Part shown: positions 10,105-19,052 of the stretch, in pieces | How positions within the stretch are numbered: position 1 is the stretch's first letter | How the letters are laid out: each line of letters opens with the position of its first letter | Source: Kiritimatiellia bacterium | Lineage (GTDB): Bacteria; Verrucomicrobiota; Kiritimatiellia; RFP12; UBA1067 | DNA: 64,000 nucleotides | Assembly: GCA_045627925.1 (NCBI GenBank) | Contig: JAZQOS010000022.1 | Location: 64,063 to 128,062 of the forward strand | Direction of reading: 5' to 3' | Translations under genes and position numbers: made by a program | Notes under the pieces: model-generated | The model's input: only the letters and a program-made list of their open reading frames with translations | Told to the model about the DNA's origin: nothing | Database searches by the model: none

Positions 10105-12363
10105 ATGAAACTTAGAATTGCGCTCTTTACTTGCTTATTCACTGTGTCGGTCTTTGCGACCGAGAAGCCTAATGTTATTTTCCTTTTGTGCGATGACCTT
10201 GGCTATGGAGACGTTGGATTTGCCTGGCAGCTCAAGCGTCCCGCCGGCGTCGTCCGGATCGAGACGCCGAATATCGACAAGCTCGCCGCCGAAGGCACGA
10301 TCCTTACCCAGCATTACTGCGCCGCTCCCGTCTGCGCGCCGTCGCGCGCCTCGATCATGACCGGTAAGCTCCAGCTCGGCGCAAATGCAAGGGGCGGTGA
10401 AGGATGCTCTTTAATCAACAACGAGTTTGACCGTGCGATTACCGAAACGAAGACGCTCGGCACGATGATGCGCGCGGCTGGTTACGATACCTACGCCGTC
10501 GGTAAGTGGGGCATTGGTGGTGGTGGAGAAGGCGGGAGCGATCGTATCTCGCACCCGCTCGCCAAGGGCTTCAATCATTACTACGGCTTTTTAGATCATA
10601 TGGCGGGACACACCTATTACCACTATGAGAGTGGCAATAGCACTTTCACCAGTCGTAGCCCCTATATGGGAATCCATGAGGGCGAGCGTGACAAGAGTAT
10701 TGCCGAGGCCGATCAGCCGACGGAGGAAGCGTTTAACAGCCAGTATCAGGTGATGACGACTGTCAACGCGACGGGACGTTATTCAACCGACCTTTTTGTC
10801 GCTCGCGCTAAGAAATATATCGAAGATCAGCTCAATGATGTTGAGCGCAAGGACAATCCGTTTTTCATGTACTTTGCAATTAATACTGTCCATAGCTCGG
10901 AAAAGTTGGATGACTCGGTTCAGGATAAGAGCAACCTTCATGTTCCGGGCGGGGAGTATGTTTATTCAAACAATTCGGACGGCTCGGTCAAGTGGCCCAT
11001 TCCGGATGAGGATATATCTCTTCGCAATAAATGGATTGATCCGCTGTATCGAGATAAAGGTCTGACGGGTCCAGCACAGCGTTATGCGACCGCGATTACT
11101 CGTATGGATAATGCACTTGGCGATCTCGTGGACTTCTTGAAGCGTAAAGGGATTTACGAGAAGACCATCATTATCTTTACTTCTGATAATGGGCCAGCTG
11201 CAGAGCGCGGAACAGATCCGCTACTCTTTGAGTCGTATGGTCCATTTGATGGTATGAAGCGTGAGGTTTATGAGGGTGGCGAGCGGATGCCGACTTTTGT
11301 TTGCTGGCCCGGCCACAAGCGCAAGGATGTCGATCCAACTCCGTCGATTTCGGCCGATTGGCTTGCTACTTTGCAAAAGCTGGCTAATTCCGAGAAACCC
11401 GAGATGCCGATTCCAGTTACGAGCCAAATTGAAGTTACTTATAGTGGCAGCGCGAGTGGTACTTATGCGAATCAGCTTCATGGGCGCAAGGGATCAACAA
11501 ATTGCGGCGGCAATCAGTGGATTAAGCGTGAAGGCGATATTGTCAGCTTGAAGGCGGGTAGTAGTCAGCTTTTGCGTTACTATAATGTAGTTACCGATCC
11601 TCATCAAGATAAGCCCATCGGTGAAGGTAGCGGCGCTTATGCGCAAGTTGGCTCGACCACTTACGACTCGCTTGCCACTGCGATTGAGAATGCGAACGGC
11701 GAGGTGATTACGATTCTTCGTGATGTTCCGCCAGCTGGTATTGCGTTAAATGGTGAGGTTAAGCTTTCGGTTCCCGCAGGTGAACACTTTACGGTGCTTT
11801 GTGATTTCAGTGGTTCGGGCTCCATCACCAAGCTTGGCGAGGGCGGGCTCACGCTTGCGGGCAATAGCACATTTACGGGTGGAGTCAAGGTTGAGGCAGG
11901 TACGCTACGGGGTGATCGTGCAACTTCGTTTGGCGCAGCGAATGGGACTGCGGATAGCCCGGATGTGCTTGTGACAGGCGGTGAGCTTGATCTTTTCGCT
12001 CCAGCGGCAACGTACTATGTGAAGCTGGATGGCGGCGCGATGATGGCGCACGGCACGACCAAAGCCAAGTTGGAGTTTGAGGCGGGTGCGACGTTGAAGC
12101 CGGTGGAAGGGGAGATTCTCTTCTTGGACGACGGCGCCACCATTACCTATCCCGATTCCGGAAAGATCGTCGTCGATCTTGGCGGGCGAAAGTTCGACAA
12201 GGGCGACTCGGTTTATTTTATCGGGGGTGAAAACCTTACTTCGGCTGATACCGAACACTTCAAGGTGAAAGGGTTGGGCCGCGGATACTATCTGGAGCTT
12301 GCCGACGATTATTTCGTACTTGCTCGCAAGCTTTCGAAGGCGATTAAGTTAATCATTCGTTAA
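10105..12363 (+). CDS. Formylglycine-dependent sulfatase fused to a C-terminal PATR/beta-helix-like module (752 aa)
   Basis: Signal peptide MKLRIALFTCLFTVSVFA. Sulfatase motifs are CDDLGYGDVG and the FGly signature C-A-P-S-R in CAAPVCAPSRASIMTG. The C-terminal ~280 aa contain ITKLGEGGLTLAGNSTFTGGVKVEAGTLRG (PATR) and YDSLATAIENANGEVITILRDV. I chose the start at 10105 rather than 10084 because 10084 lies in the -10 box. Confidence 0.9.
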   Translation: MKLRIALFTCLFTVSVFATEKPNVIFLLCDDLGYGDVGFAWQLKRPAGVVRIETPNIDKLAAEGTILTQHYCAAPVCAPSRASIMTGKLQLGANARGGEGCSLINNEFDRAITETKTLGTMMRAAGYDTYAVGKWGIGGGGEGGSDRISHPLAKGFNHYYGFLDHMAGHTYYHYESGNSTFTSRSPYMGIHEGERDKSIAEADQPTEEAFNSQYQVMTTVNATGRYSTDLFVARAKKYIEDQLNDVERKDNPFFMYFAINTVHSSEKLDDSVQDKSNLHVPGGEYVYSNNSDGSVKWPIPDEDISLRNKWIDPLYRDKGLTGPAQRYATAITRMDNALGDLVDFLKRKGIYEKTIIIFTSDNGPAAERGTDPLLFESYGPFDGMKREVYEGGERMPTFVCWPGHKRKDVDPTPSISADWLATLQKLANSEKPEMPIPVTSQIEVTYSGSASGTYANQLHGRKGSTNCGGNQWIKREGDIVSLKAGSSQLLRYYNVVTDPHQDKPIGEGSGAYAQVGSTTYDSLATAIENANGEVITILRDVPPAGIALNGEVKLSVPAGEHFTVLCDFSGSGSITKLGEGGLTLAGNSTFTGGVKVEAGTLRGDRATSFGAANGTADSPDVLVTGGELDLFAPAATYYVKLDGGAMMAHGTTKAKLEFEAGATLKPVEGEILFLDDGATITYPDSGKIVVDLGGRKFDKGDSVYFIGGENLTSADTEHFKVKGLGRGYYLELADDYFVLARKLSKAIKLIIR

Positions 12364-12403
12364 TGCCACGCCTAAGTCGTGGACGAGTTCGTTAGCGAAA
12401 TCG

Positions 12404-12979
12404 ATGGTGTGTGAACCGATACTGGAAGTAACACGGGAAACGGCGGGCGAATATTTCGTCCGCCTTGACCCGCTTGTTGCCCAAGGTACGGTTCTATACA
12501 TTTATGGTGGCGCTGCCATTGCCTTGTTAGGATCTGGTATCCGTACGACAATGGACGTGGATGTCGCCGAACCCTATTCTCATTTCGATCGTTTGGCTTT
12601 TGCATCTGCATCTGAACGTGCAGGTCTCCCGATTAATCCTAAAGTGGATTATGAGGCCGCATTTCTCGAGTTGGTTGGAGAGTTTCGCTTGTGCGTCCCC
12701 AAGCCTACTGACGATAAGCCGGGAATAGAATTGTTCAAGGGAATTAATCTAACGGTTAGGACGGGGTCGGCGGCGGATTTGATTGCGTCGAAGCTTATTC
12801 GTTATGATGAGCAAGATCAACAGGACATTCAGTTTTTGCTGAAGGCGAGCAAGACAACCATTTCGGCAATAAAGGAGTCGGTGTCGAGATTGCCGGACGC
12901 CTTTTGCAACGATGTGCTTGTTAAGGAGAACTTGGCCAATCTTGAGCGAGACATGAACGTGTGGGGGATTGGGTCATGA
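12404..12979 (+). CDS. Pol-beta-fold nucleotidyltransferase-like protein (AbiEii/DUF6036/MNT-like), 191 aa
   Basis: Carries IYGGAAIALLGSGIRTTMDVDV (G-S-G...D-x-D) and a later ADLIASKLIRYDEQDQQDIQFLL motif. GC is low and it uses in-frame CTA/TTA codons. The family call is from memory of motifs, not from a search. Confidence 0.6.
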   Translation: MVCEPILEVTRETAGEYFVRLDPLVAQGTVLYIYGGAAIALLGSGIRTTMDVDVAEPYSHFDRLAFASASERAGLPINPKVDYEAAFLELVGEFRLCVPKPTDDKPGIELFKGINLTVRTGSAADLIASKLIRYDEQDQQDIQFLLKASKTTISAIKESVSRLPDAFCNDVLVKENLANLERDMNVWGIGS

Positions 12980-13332
12980 TGACACCACGCGAAAGATTGC
13001 AACTCGCGTATGAGTTTGCGTTTTGTCCTTGGCGTTTGAACGGCAGATGGCGCGAATGGGTTGCTTCGCCAGAGACTGCAAATGAAGACGAGCTTCGGGC
13101 TTTGGACGATGCGGCGCGACTGCATTTACCCTTGCCGCAAGCGAGAGTCTCCTCTCAACGTGCACTTCTTCGTCTTGCGCGTTTTCAGGCGGATAGTTGC
13201 GAAACGAATATGCGAACTTTCATCAGGAATTTACGTTTAATACTAAAGCGCGAGGCGATTACCGAGGATGAGGTTCCCGCGGGAATGGTTCGCGACGTAA
13301 CCTTGCCACGGTTTAAGCGCCGTCGCGTTTGA
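12976..13332 (+). CDS. Orphan Arg/Trp-rich small protein (118 aa), translationally coupled to the NTase-like gene
   Basis: ATG 12976 overlaps the upstream TGA (12977-12979) as ATGA. A GGGGGA Shine-Dalgarno ends 7 nt upstream. I recognise no motif. The C-terminus is PRFKRRRV. Confidence 0.5.
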   Translation: MMTPRERLQLAYEFAFCPWRLNGRWREWVASPETANEDELRALDDAARLHLPLPQARVSSQRALLRLARFQADSCETNMRTFIRNLRLILKREAITEDEVPAGMVRDVTLPRFKRRRV

Positions 13333-13433
13333 ATTTAATGCTGGGGGCGGGGACAGTCCCCGAAAAGATCAATTTCTTTCCTCAAGAAAGCAATTTACTG
13401 AAAGAATTATACACTATCACTATATCTAGTTGG

Positions 13434-13463
13434 TTGATTTTCAAGGGCGAGGTGTGATATAAT
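13434..13463 (+). promoter_or_regulatory. Sigma70-type promoter of the polyamine operon: TTGATT, 18-nt spacer, TGA-TATAAT
   Basis: The -35 TTGATT is at 13434-13439. The extended -10 is TGATATAAT at 13455-13463. ATG 13479 lies 15 nt downstream and has no obvious Shine-Dalgarno. Confidence 0.55.
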
Positions 13464-13478
13464 CCCGCCAAAATCGAA

Positions 13479-14960
13479 ATGGCTAAATCCGCATCCGCAA
13501 AAGCGCTTGATTCGCGTCAAATTCGCCAACGGGAAACCCCGCTTGCGGATGCGCTTGATCGTCAGCGCATCAACCGTCTCGCCCACTTCGACGTTCCGGC
13601 CCACAAGGGCGGTCGCGGCAACCCCGAACTCACCGATTATTTGGGAGAGCGGGCGATGGCGATGGACGTGAATTCCATGAAGCCGCTCGACAACCTCGGC
13701 CACCCTGTTTCGGTGATCAAGGACGCGCAGGCGTTGGCGGCAGAGGCGTTCGGCGCGGACGATGCGTTTTTCATGGTGAACGGCACGACTTCGGCGGTGC
13801 AGGCGATGATTATGGCGACTTGCACCGCGGGCGACGAAATCATCCTGCCGCGCAACGTTCACCGCAGCGCGATTAACGCGCTCGTAGTTTGCGGCGCGGT
13901 GCCGGTCTACATCAATCCAGGCACTAATCAGCGGCTCGGCATTCCGCTCGGGATGCGCATCGCCGACGTCAAGAAGGCGATCGAGGAACATCCTTCCGCC
14001 AAGGCGATTCTCGTCAACAACCCGACCTATTACGGCATCTGCTCGAATCTTTGCGAAATCGTCAAGCTCGCTCACGCGGCGGGGATGCGGGTCTTGGCCG
14101 ACGAGGCGCACGGCACCCATTTCTATTTCCACGAAGAGCTGCCGGTTTCGGCGATGGCGGCGGGTTGCGACATGGCGGCGGTATCGATTCACAAAACCGG
14201 CGGTTCGCTTACCCAAAGCTCCATTTTGCTGACGCGCCGTCCGATCAACCCCGACTACGTCCGGCAGGTGATTACCCTTACGCAATCCACCTCGGCGTCG
14301 TATCTCCTGTTGTCGTCGCTCGACATCGCCCGCAAGAATCTCTTCTTCCGGGGTCGGAGCATGTACCAGAAGACGATGGAGTTCGCCGACTACGCTCGCT
14401 CGGAAATCAACGAGCTCGGCGGCTACTACGCATTCGGCACGGAGCTCGTCGACGGCGACGCGGTCTATGCGTTCGATCGCACCAAACTTTCGGTGCACAC
14501 GCGGGATATCGGGCTCGCCGGAATCGAAGTCTACGACTATTTGCGCGACGACTACGGAATCCAAATTGAATTCGGCGACATCGGGAACTTGCTTGCGATT
14601 ATCTCCTGCGGCGATCGCATGATGGACGTGGAGCGGCTCATTTCCGCGTTCGAGGAGATTAAGCGTCAGCGGGAAAAGAGTCCGATCGGGCTTTTCGACC
14701 ACGAATACATCGACCCCGTAATCGACATGGCGCCGCAGGCGGCGTTCTACGCGAAGAAGCGGCGGGTGCCGATTAAGGAGTCGACGGGGCTCGTCGCCGG
14801 CGAGTTCGTGATGAGCTATCCGCCGGGAATTCCGATCGTCGCTCCGGGCGAGCGCATCACTCCCGACGTTCTTGAACACATTCTCTTCGCGAAGGCGAAG
14901 GGGTGCTTTATGACCGGTACCGAGGATATGAACCTCGATTTCGTAAACGTGGTGGCGTAA
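13479..14960 (+). CDS. speA: PLP-dependent Orn/Lys/Arg decarboxylase family, Bacillus SpeA-type arginine decarboxylase
   Basis: FDVPAHKGGRG near the N-terminus, the PLP-lysine motif SIHKTGGSLTQSS, a length of 493 aa, and operon context with speE/speB. Confidence 0.85.
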   Translation: MAKSASAKALDSRQIRQRETPLADALDRQRINRLAHFDVPAHKGGRGNPELTDYLGERAMAMDVNSMKPLDNLGHPVSVIKDAQALAAEAFGADDAFFMVNGTTSAVQAMIMATCTAGDEIILPRNVHRSAINALVVCGAVPVYINPGTNQRLGIPLGMRIADVKKAIEEHPSAKAILVNNPTYYGICSNLCEIVKLAHAAGMRVLADEAHGTHFYFHEELPVSAMAAGCDMAAVSIHKTGGSLTQSSILLTRRPINPDYVRQVITLTQSTSASYLLLSSLDIARKNLFFRGRSMYQKTMEFADYARSEINELGGYYAFGTELVDGDAVYAFDRTKLSVHTRDIGLAGIEVYDYLRDDYGIQIEFGDIGNLLAIISCGDRMMDVERLISAFEEIKRQREKSPIGLFDHEYIDPVIDMAPQAAFYAKKRRVPIKESTGLVAGEFVMSYPPGIPIVAPGERITPDVLEHILFAKAKGCFMTGTEDMNLDFVNVVA

Positions 14961-15827
14961 ATGCGAACTGAACTCTGGTACACCGACGAACACACCCGGG
15001 ACGTGCGCTTTTCGATGAAGGCGGCGGAGCAAATCGTCTCCAAGCGAAGCACTGTCCAGCAAATCGACATTCTCGACACGCCCGCGTACGGTCGCGTGCT
15101 CGTTTTGGACGGCGAGCTTTTCATTACCGAGAAGGACGAATTCATCTACCACGAAATGCTCGCCCACGTGCCGATGGCGGTGCATCCGAACGTGAAGAAC
15201 GTTCTCGTCATCGGCGGTGGCGACGGCGGTACGGTGCGGGAGCTCGTAAAATACAAGACCATCGAATCGATCGATCTCGTGGAGATGGACAAGGACGTCG
15301 TCATTTTGGCGAAGAAGTATTTGCCGTTCACGTCCTGCAAGCTGAAAGACCGGCGCGTGAACGTCTGGTTCGAGGAAGGTCTTCGTTACGTGCGCGGCAA
15401 AAAGGACGAGTACGATCTTATCATCGTCGATTCGGCGGACCCTTACGGACCGGCGGAAGGGTTTTTCACGCGCGAGTTCTACGGCACTTGTTTCAAGGCG
15501 CTTCGGGACGACGGCATTCTCATCAACCAGCACGAAAGCCCATTCTACGCCGCGCACCAGAAGTCGGTGAGAGACGCCCACCGCCATATCGCGGTCGAGT
15601 TTCCGCTTTCGACCGTCTATCAGGGTCACATCCCCAGTTATCCGTCGGGGCACTGGCTCTTCGGCTCCGCGTCGAAGAAGTATAATCCGATTACGGATCT
15701 CGACGACAAGCGCTGGAATCGGCTTAAGATCTCCACCCGCTACTACAATACGGATTTGCATTGCGGGGCGTTTGCGCTGCCGAATTACGTCCTGGACATA
15801 TTGAAAGAGGAGAAGCGCGGCAAATGA
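14961..15827 (+). CDS. speE: Spermidine synthase-family aminopropyltransferase
   Basis: ELWYTDEHT, EKDEFIYHEMLAHVPM and VLVIGGGDGGTVRE are classic SpeE motifs. The ATG directly follows the speA TAA. Confidence 0.9.
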   Translation: MRTELWYTDEHTRDVRFSMKAAEQIVSKRSTVQQIDILDTPAYGRVLVLDGELFITEKDEFIYHEMLAHVPMAVHPNVKNVLVIGGGDGGTVRELVKYKTIESIDLVEMDKDVVILAKKYLPFTSCKLKDRRVNVWFEEGLRYVRGKKDEYDLIIVDSADPYGPAEGFFTREFYGTCFKALRDDGILINQHESPFYAAHQKSVRDAHRHIAVEFPLSTVYQGHIPSYPSGHWLFGSASKKYNPITDLDDKRWNRLKISTRYYNTDLHCGAFALPNYVLDILKEEKRGK

Positions 15828-16894
15828 AGGGGCTGCTGATGGCCGTTTCCGTCGCAGTGGCGATGCTGGTGGCGGGAGGGTGCAGCGAGAAGCCGTCGCT
15901 CCATATCTACACTTGGGCGGACTACATTTCGCCGACCGTAATCGAACGATTCGAGGAAAAATACGGCTGCAAGGTGGTGGTCGATACGTTCGACACCAAC
16001 GAGGCGATGTACGCGAAACTCAAGGCGGGCGGCGCGGGTTACGACTTGCTTTTCCCTTCGAGCTACATCGTGGGGCTTTTGGTGAAGGAAGGTCTTGTCG
16101 AGGCGCTCGACCACACCAAGTGTCCGTCGGTGCGCAAGAATTTCTACAAGCCCTACGCGAAGATGCTTCCGGAGGACCCCGAGCTCGTCTACGGGGCGCC
16201 GTATTCGTCGTCGCAGGAGATTATTTTCTACGATACGAAGCGCATTCCCGACGGAGTGGAGGTGGGGACGTGGGCGATATTCGGAAATCCCGCGTTCAAG
16301 GGGAAGGTCTCGTTCCTCGACGATATGCGCGATGTGATCGGCGTCGGGCTCATGTATCTCGGATACTCGATCAATTCTACGTCGCAAAAGGAAATTGACG
16401 AGGCGGTGGAACAAGTTTTGAAGTGGCGCGAGAACGCGCGCAAGTTCGATTCCGAGTCGTACAAGACCGAAGTCGCGAACGGATCGACTTGGATTAGCCA
16501 AGGTTACAGCCAAGTCGCCTACCAAGTCATCTTCGGCGATGCCGACGGGTCGGGTGCGAGGCCGGATCTCGCCTGCGTGTATCCCAAGGAGGGCTTTACC
16601 GAGTCCTGCGAGGAGATGGTCGTCGCGAAAGACGCGCCGAATCGGGATCTCGCGTACGCGCTAATCGAATTTCTCTATTCCGATGTCGAGGCGGGGGTCG
16701 CGAACATGAAGTACGTGTTCGGCATCCTGCCTTGCAAGCCGGCCATCAACGCATTGGACGACAAGTTCCGCGACATGCTTCTGATGAAACCCGAGATCAT
16801 GGCCAGGGCGCAGGTTATCTTGGGCCTCGAGTCGAAGCCCGAGGTGATGGAGATGTACGCGAAAGCGTGGGATCGTATTCGAGCGGTGAAGTAA
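15824..16894 (+). CDS. potD: Spermidine/putrescine ABC transporter substrate-binding lipoprotein
   Basis: ATGA overlap with the speE stop. Lipobox in MKGLLMAVSVAVAMLVAGGC. PotD/PotF-like body (HIYTWADYI..., LLFPSSY). Confidence 0.85.
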   Translation: MKGLLMAVSVAVAMLVAGGCSEKPSLHIYTWADYISPTVIERFEEKYGCKVVVDTFDTNEAMYAKLKAGGAGYDLLFPSSYIVGLLVKEGLVEALDHTKCPSVRKNFYKPYAKMLPEDPELVYGAPYSSSQEIIFYDTKRIPDGVEVGTWAIFGNPAFKGKVSFLDDMRDVIGVGLMYLGYSINSTSQKEIDEAVEQVLKWRENARKFDSESYKTEVANGSTWISQGYSQVAYQVIFGDADGSGARPDLACVYPKEGFTESCEEMVVAKDAPNRDLAYALIEFLYSDVEAGVANMKYVFGILPCKPAINALDDKFRDMLLMKPEIMARAQVILGLESKPEVMEMYAKAWDRIRAVK

Positions 16895-17749
16895 ATGAAA
16901 GCGCCGACCAACCAGTTTATCGGATGTGACAAGTCGTACCGCGAGGCGGAAACCGTCCTTTTCGGCGCACCCTACGATTCGACGACGTCGTTTCGCCCGG
17001 GCACCCGGTTTGGGCCGTCCGCGATGCGAGCGGAGAGTTTCGGAATCGAAACTTATTCGCCGCTTCAAGACAAGGATCTCGTCGAGGACGCGAGCGTCTT
17101 CGATTCCGGCGACATCGAGCTGCCGTTCGGCGCGAGCGCGCCCGCGCTCAAGCTAATCGAGAAGCGTGCGGCGAAGATTTTGCGCGACGGCAAACGCCCG
17201 TTTCTGCTCGGTGGAGAGCACCTCGTTACGCTCGGCGCGTTTCGCGCGGTTTACGAGAAATATCCCGACATCGCAATCGTCCATTTCGATGCGCACGCGG
17301 ACTTGCGCGAGGACTATCTCGGAAATCCGCTTTCGCACGCCTGCGTCCTCAGGCGCTGCCACGATCTTGTCGGGGATGGCCGCATTTTCCAATTCGGCAT
17401 TCGCTCGGGTACGCGCGAGGAATTCGCGTTTATGAAATCGGGGCATGTTACGACCGAACCGTTCGCCGACCGGACGCTCGCCGAGGTGGTGAGAGAAATC
17501 GGTTCCAAGACGCCCGTCTATCTGACGATCGACATGGACGTTCTCGATCCTTCCGAGTTCCCGGGTACGGGCACGCAGGAGGCGGGAGGGCTAAGCTATT
17601 CGCGGCTGGTGGAGGACGTTCGCCTCGTTTGCGGAAAGCTGAACGTCGTCGCAATGGACAATGTGGAACTGAACCCCGGGCTTGACCCGACCGGGCGCTC
17701 GACGGCGCTCGCCTGCAAGTTTTTGAGAGAAGAGCTCGTAGCTCTCTAA
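16895..17749 (+). CDS. speB: Agmatinase / ureohydrolase (arginase family)
   Basis: Mn-binding motifs HFDAHADLR, GGEHLV and TIDMDVLDP. Substrate specificity (agmatine versus aminopropylagmatine) is not decidable from the sequence alone. Confidence 0.85.
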   Translation: MKAPTNQFIGCDKSYREAETVLFGAPYDSTTSFRPGTRFGPSAMRAESFGIETYSPLQDKDLVEDASVFDSGDIELPFGASAPALKLIEKRAAKILRDGKRPFLLGGEHLVTLGAFRAVYEKYPDIAIVHFDAHADLREDYLGNPLSHACVLRRCHDLVGDGRIFQFGIRSGTREEFAFMKSGHVTTEPFADRTLAEVVREIGSKTPVYLTIDMDVLDPSEFPGTGTQEAGGLSYSRLVEDVRLVCGKLNVVAMDNVELNPGLDPTGRSTALACKFLREELVAL

Positions 17750-17768
17750 ACACGAAGGAGACGAAACC

Positions 17769-19052
17769 ATGGCCAAGAAAGTTCTGATGATCGGTGCGGG
17801 CGGAGTCGCCGGCGTCGCGGCGGCGAAGTGCTGCCAAAACCCCGAAACCTTTGGCGAGCTTTTGATCGCGTCGCGCACGGAGGCGCGGTGCAAGGCGATC
17901 AAAGCGGACATCGAATCGCGTCCGTGGTTTGCGGCGAAGGGCGTTTCGACGAAGATCACGACGGCTGAGATCGACGCGATGGATACGCCGCGGCTGGTGA
18001 AGCTCATCAAGGATTTCAAGCCCGATCTCGTCATGAACATCGCGCTTCCGTATCAGGATCTCGCGATTATGGATGCGTGCCTCGAAGCGGGCGTGAGCTA
18101 TCTCGATACGGCCAACTACGAGCCGCCGGAAGAGGCGCATTTCGAGTATTCGTGGCAGTGGGCCTATCGCGAGAAGTTCGAGAAGGCGGGACTTACCGCG
18201 ATTCTCGGCTGCGGGTTCGATCCCGGCGTTACGCAGGTATTCTCCGCTTACGCGCAGAAGCACCACTTCGACGAGATTCACACGCTTGACATTCTCGACT
18301 GCAACGGCGGCGACCACGGATATCCGTTTGCGACGAACTTCAACCCCGAAATCAACATTCGCGAAGTGAGCGCGAAGGGATCGTATTGGGTGAAGGACCC
18401 GAAGGACGACAAGCCCGAAGTCGCCGTCGAGAACAAGAAGGCGTTCGCCGAAGGGTATTGGGTGGAAACCGCCCCGATGGCGATCAAGCGCGAGTACGAG
18501 TTCGCCGAAGTCGGAAAGAAGGACATGTATCTTCTTCATCACGAGGAGCTGGAGTCGCTCGGCTGCAATTTGAAGGGAATTAAGCGAATTCGCTTCTTCA
18601 TGACCTTCGGCCAGAGCTACCTCACCCACCTGAAGTGCCTCGAAAACGTCGGTATGACGCGCATCGACCCCGTGGACTTCAAAGGCCAGAAGATCATCCC
18701 GATCGAATTTCTGCGGGCGCTTTTGCCGGACCCGGCGACGCTGGGGCCGCGCACCAAGGGCAAGACCAACATCGGCTGCATCTTCGAAGGCGTGAAGGAC
18801 GGCAAGACGGTTCGCTACTACGTCTACAACGTCTGCGACCATCAGGAGTGCTACAAGGAAGTCGGTTCGCAGGCGATTAGCTATACGACGGGCGTTCCGG
18901 CGATGATCGGCGCGAAGATGTTCCTCGACGGCAAGTGGACCGAAAAGGGCGTCCACACCTGCGAGGAATTCGACCCCGATCCGTTCATGGCCGAGCTCAA
19001 CGTTCAGGGGCTTCCCTGGCACGAGACCTTCGACCCGGCGATGGTTCCGTGA
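17769..19052 (+). CDS. Saccharopine-dehydrogenase-family carboxy(nor)spermidine dehydrogenase/synthase
   Basis: N-terminal Rossmann motif KKVLMIGAGGVAGVAAAKC, a length of 427 aa, and adjacency to the decarboxylase partner. Confidence 0.8.
   Translation: MAKKVLMIGAGGVAGVAAAKCCQNPETFGELLIASRTEARCKAIKADIESRPWFAAKGVSTKITTAEIDAMDTPRLVKLIKDFKPDLVMNIALPYQDLAIMDACLEAGVSYLDTANYEPPEEAHFEYSWQWAYREKFEKAGLTAILGCGFDPGVTQVFSAYAQKHHFDEIHTLDILDCNGGDHGYPFATNFNPEINIREVSAKGSYWVKDPKDDKPEVAVENKKAFAEGYWVETAPMAIKREYEFAEVGKKDMYLLHHEELESLGCNLKGIKRIRFFMTFGQSYLTHLKCLENVGMTRIDPVDFKGQKIIPIEFLRALLPDPATLGPRTKGKTNIGCIFEGVKDGKTVRYYVYNVCDHQECYKEVGSQAISYTTGVPAMIGAKMFLDGKWTEKGVHTCEEFDPDPFMAELNVQGLPWHETFDPAMVP

Noticed and set aside
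13348-13362. The hairpin CGGGGA-CAG-TCCCCG after the NTase pair as a terminator
   Set aside because: It has a 6-bp stem with a 3-nt loop and no following T-tract. That is too weak to call an intrinsic terminator, and it may be incidental.
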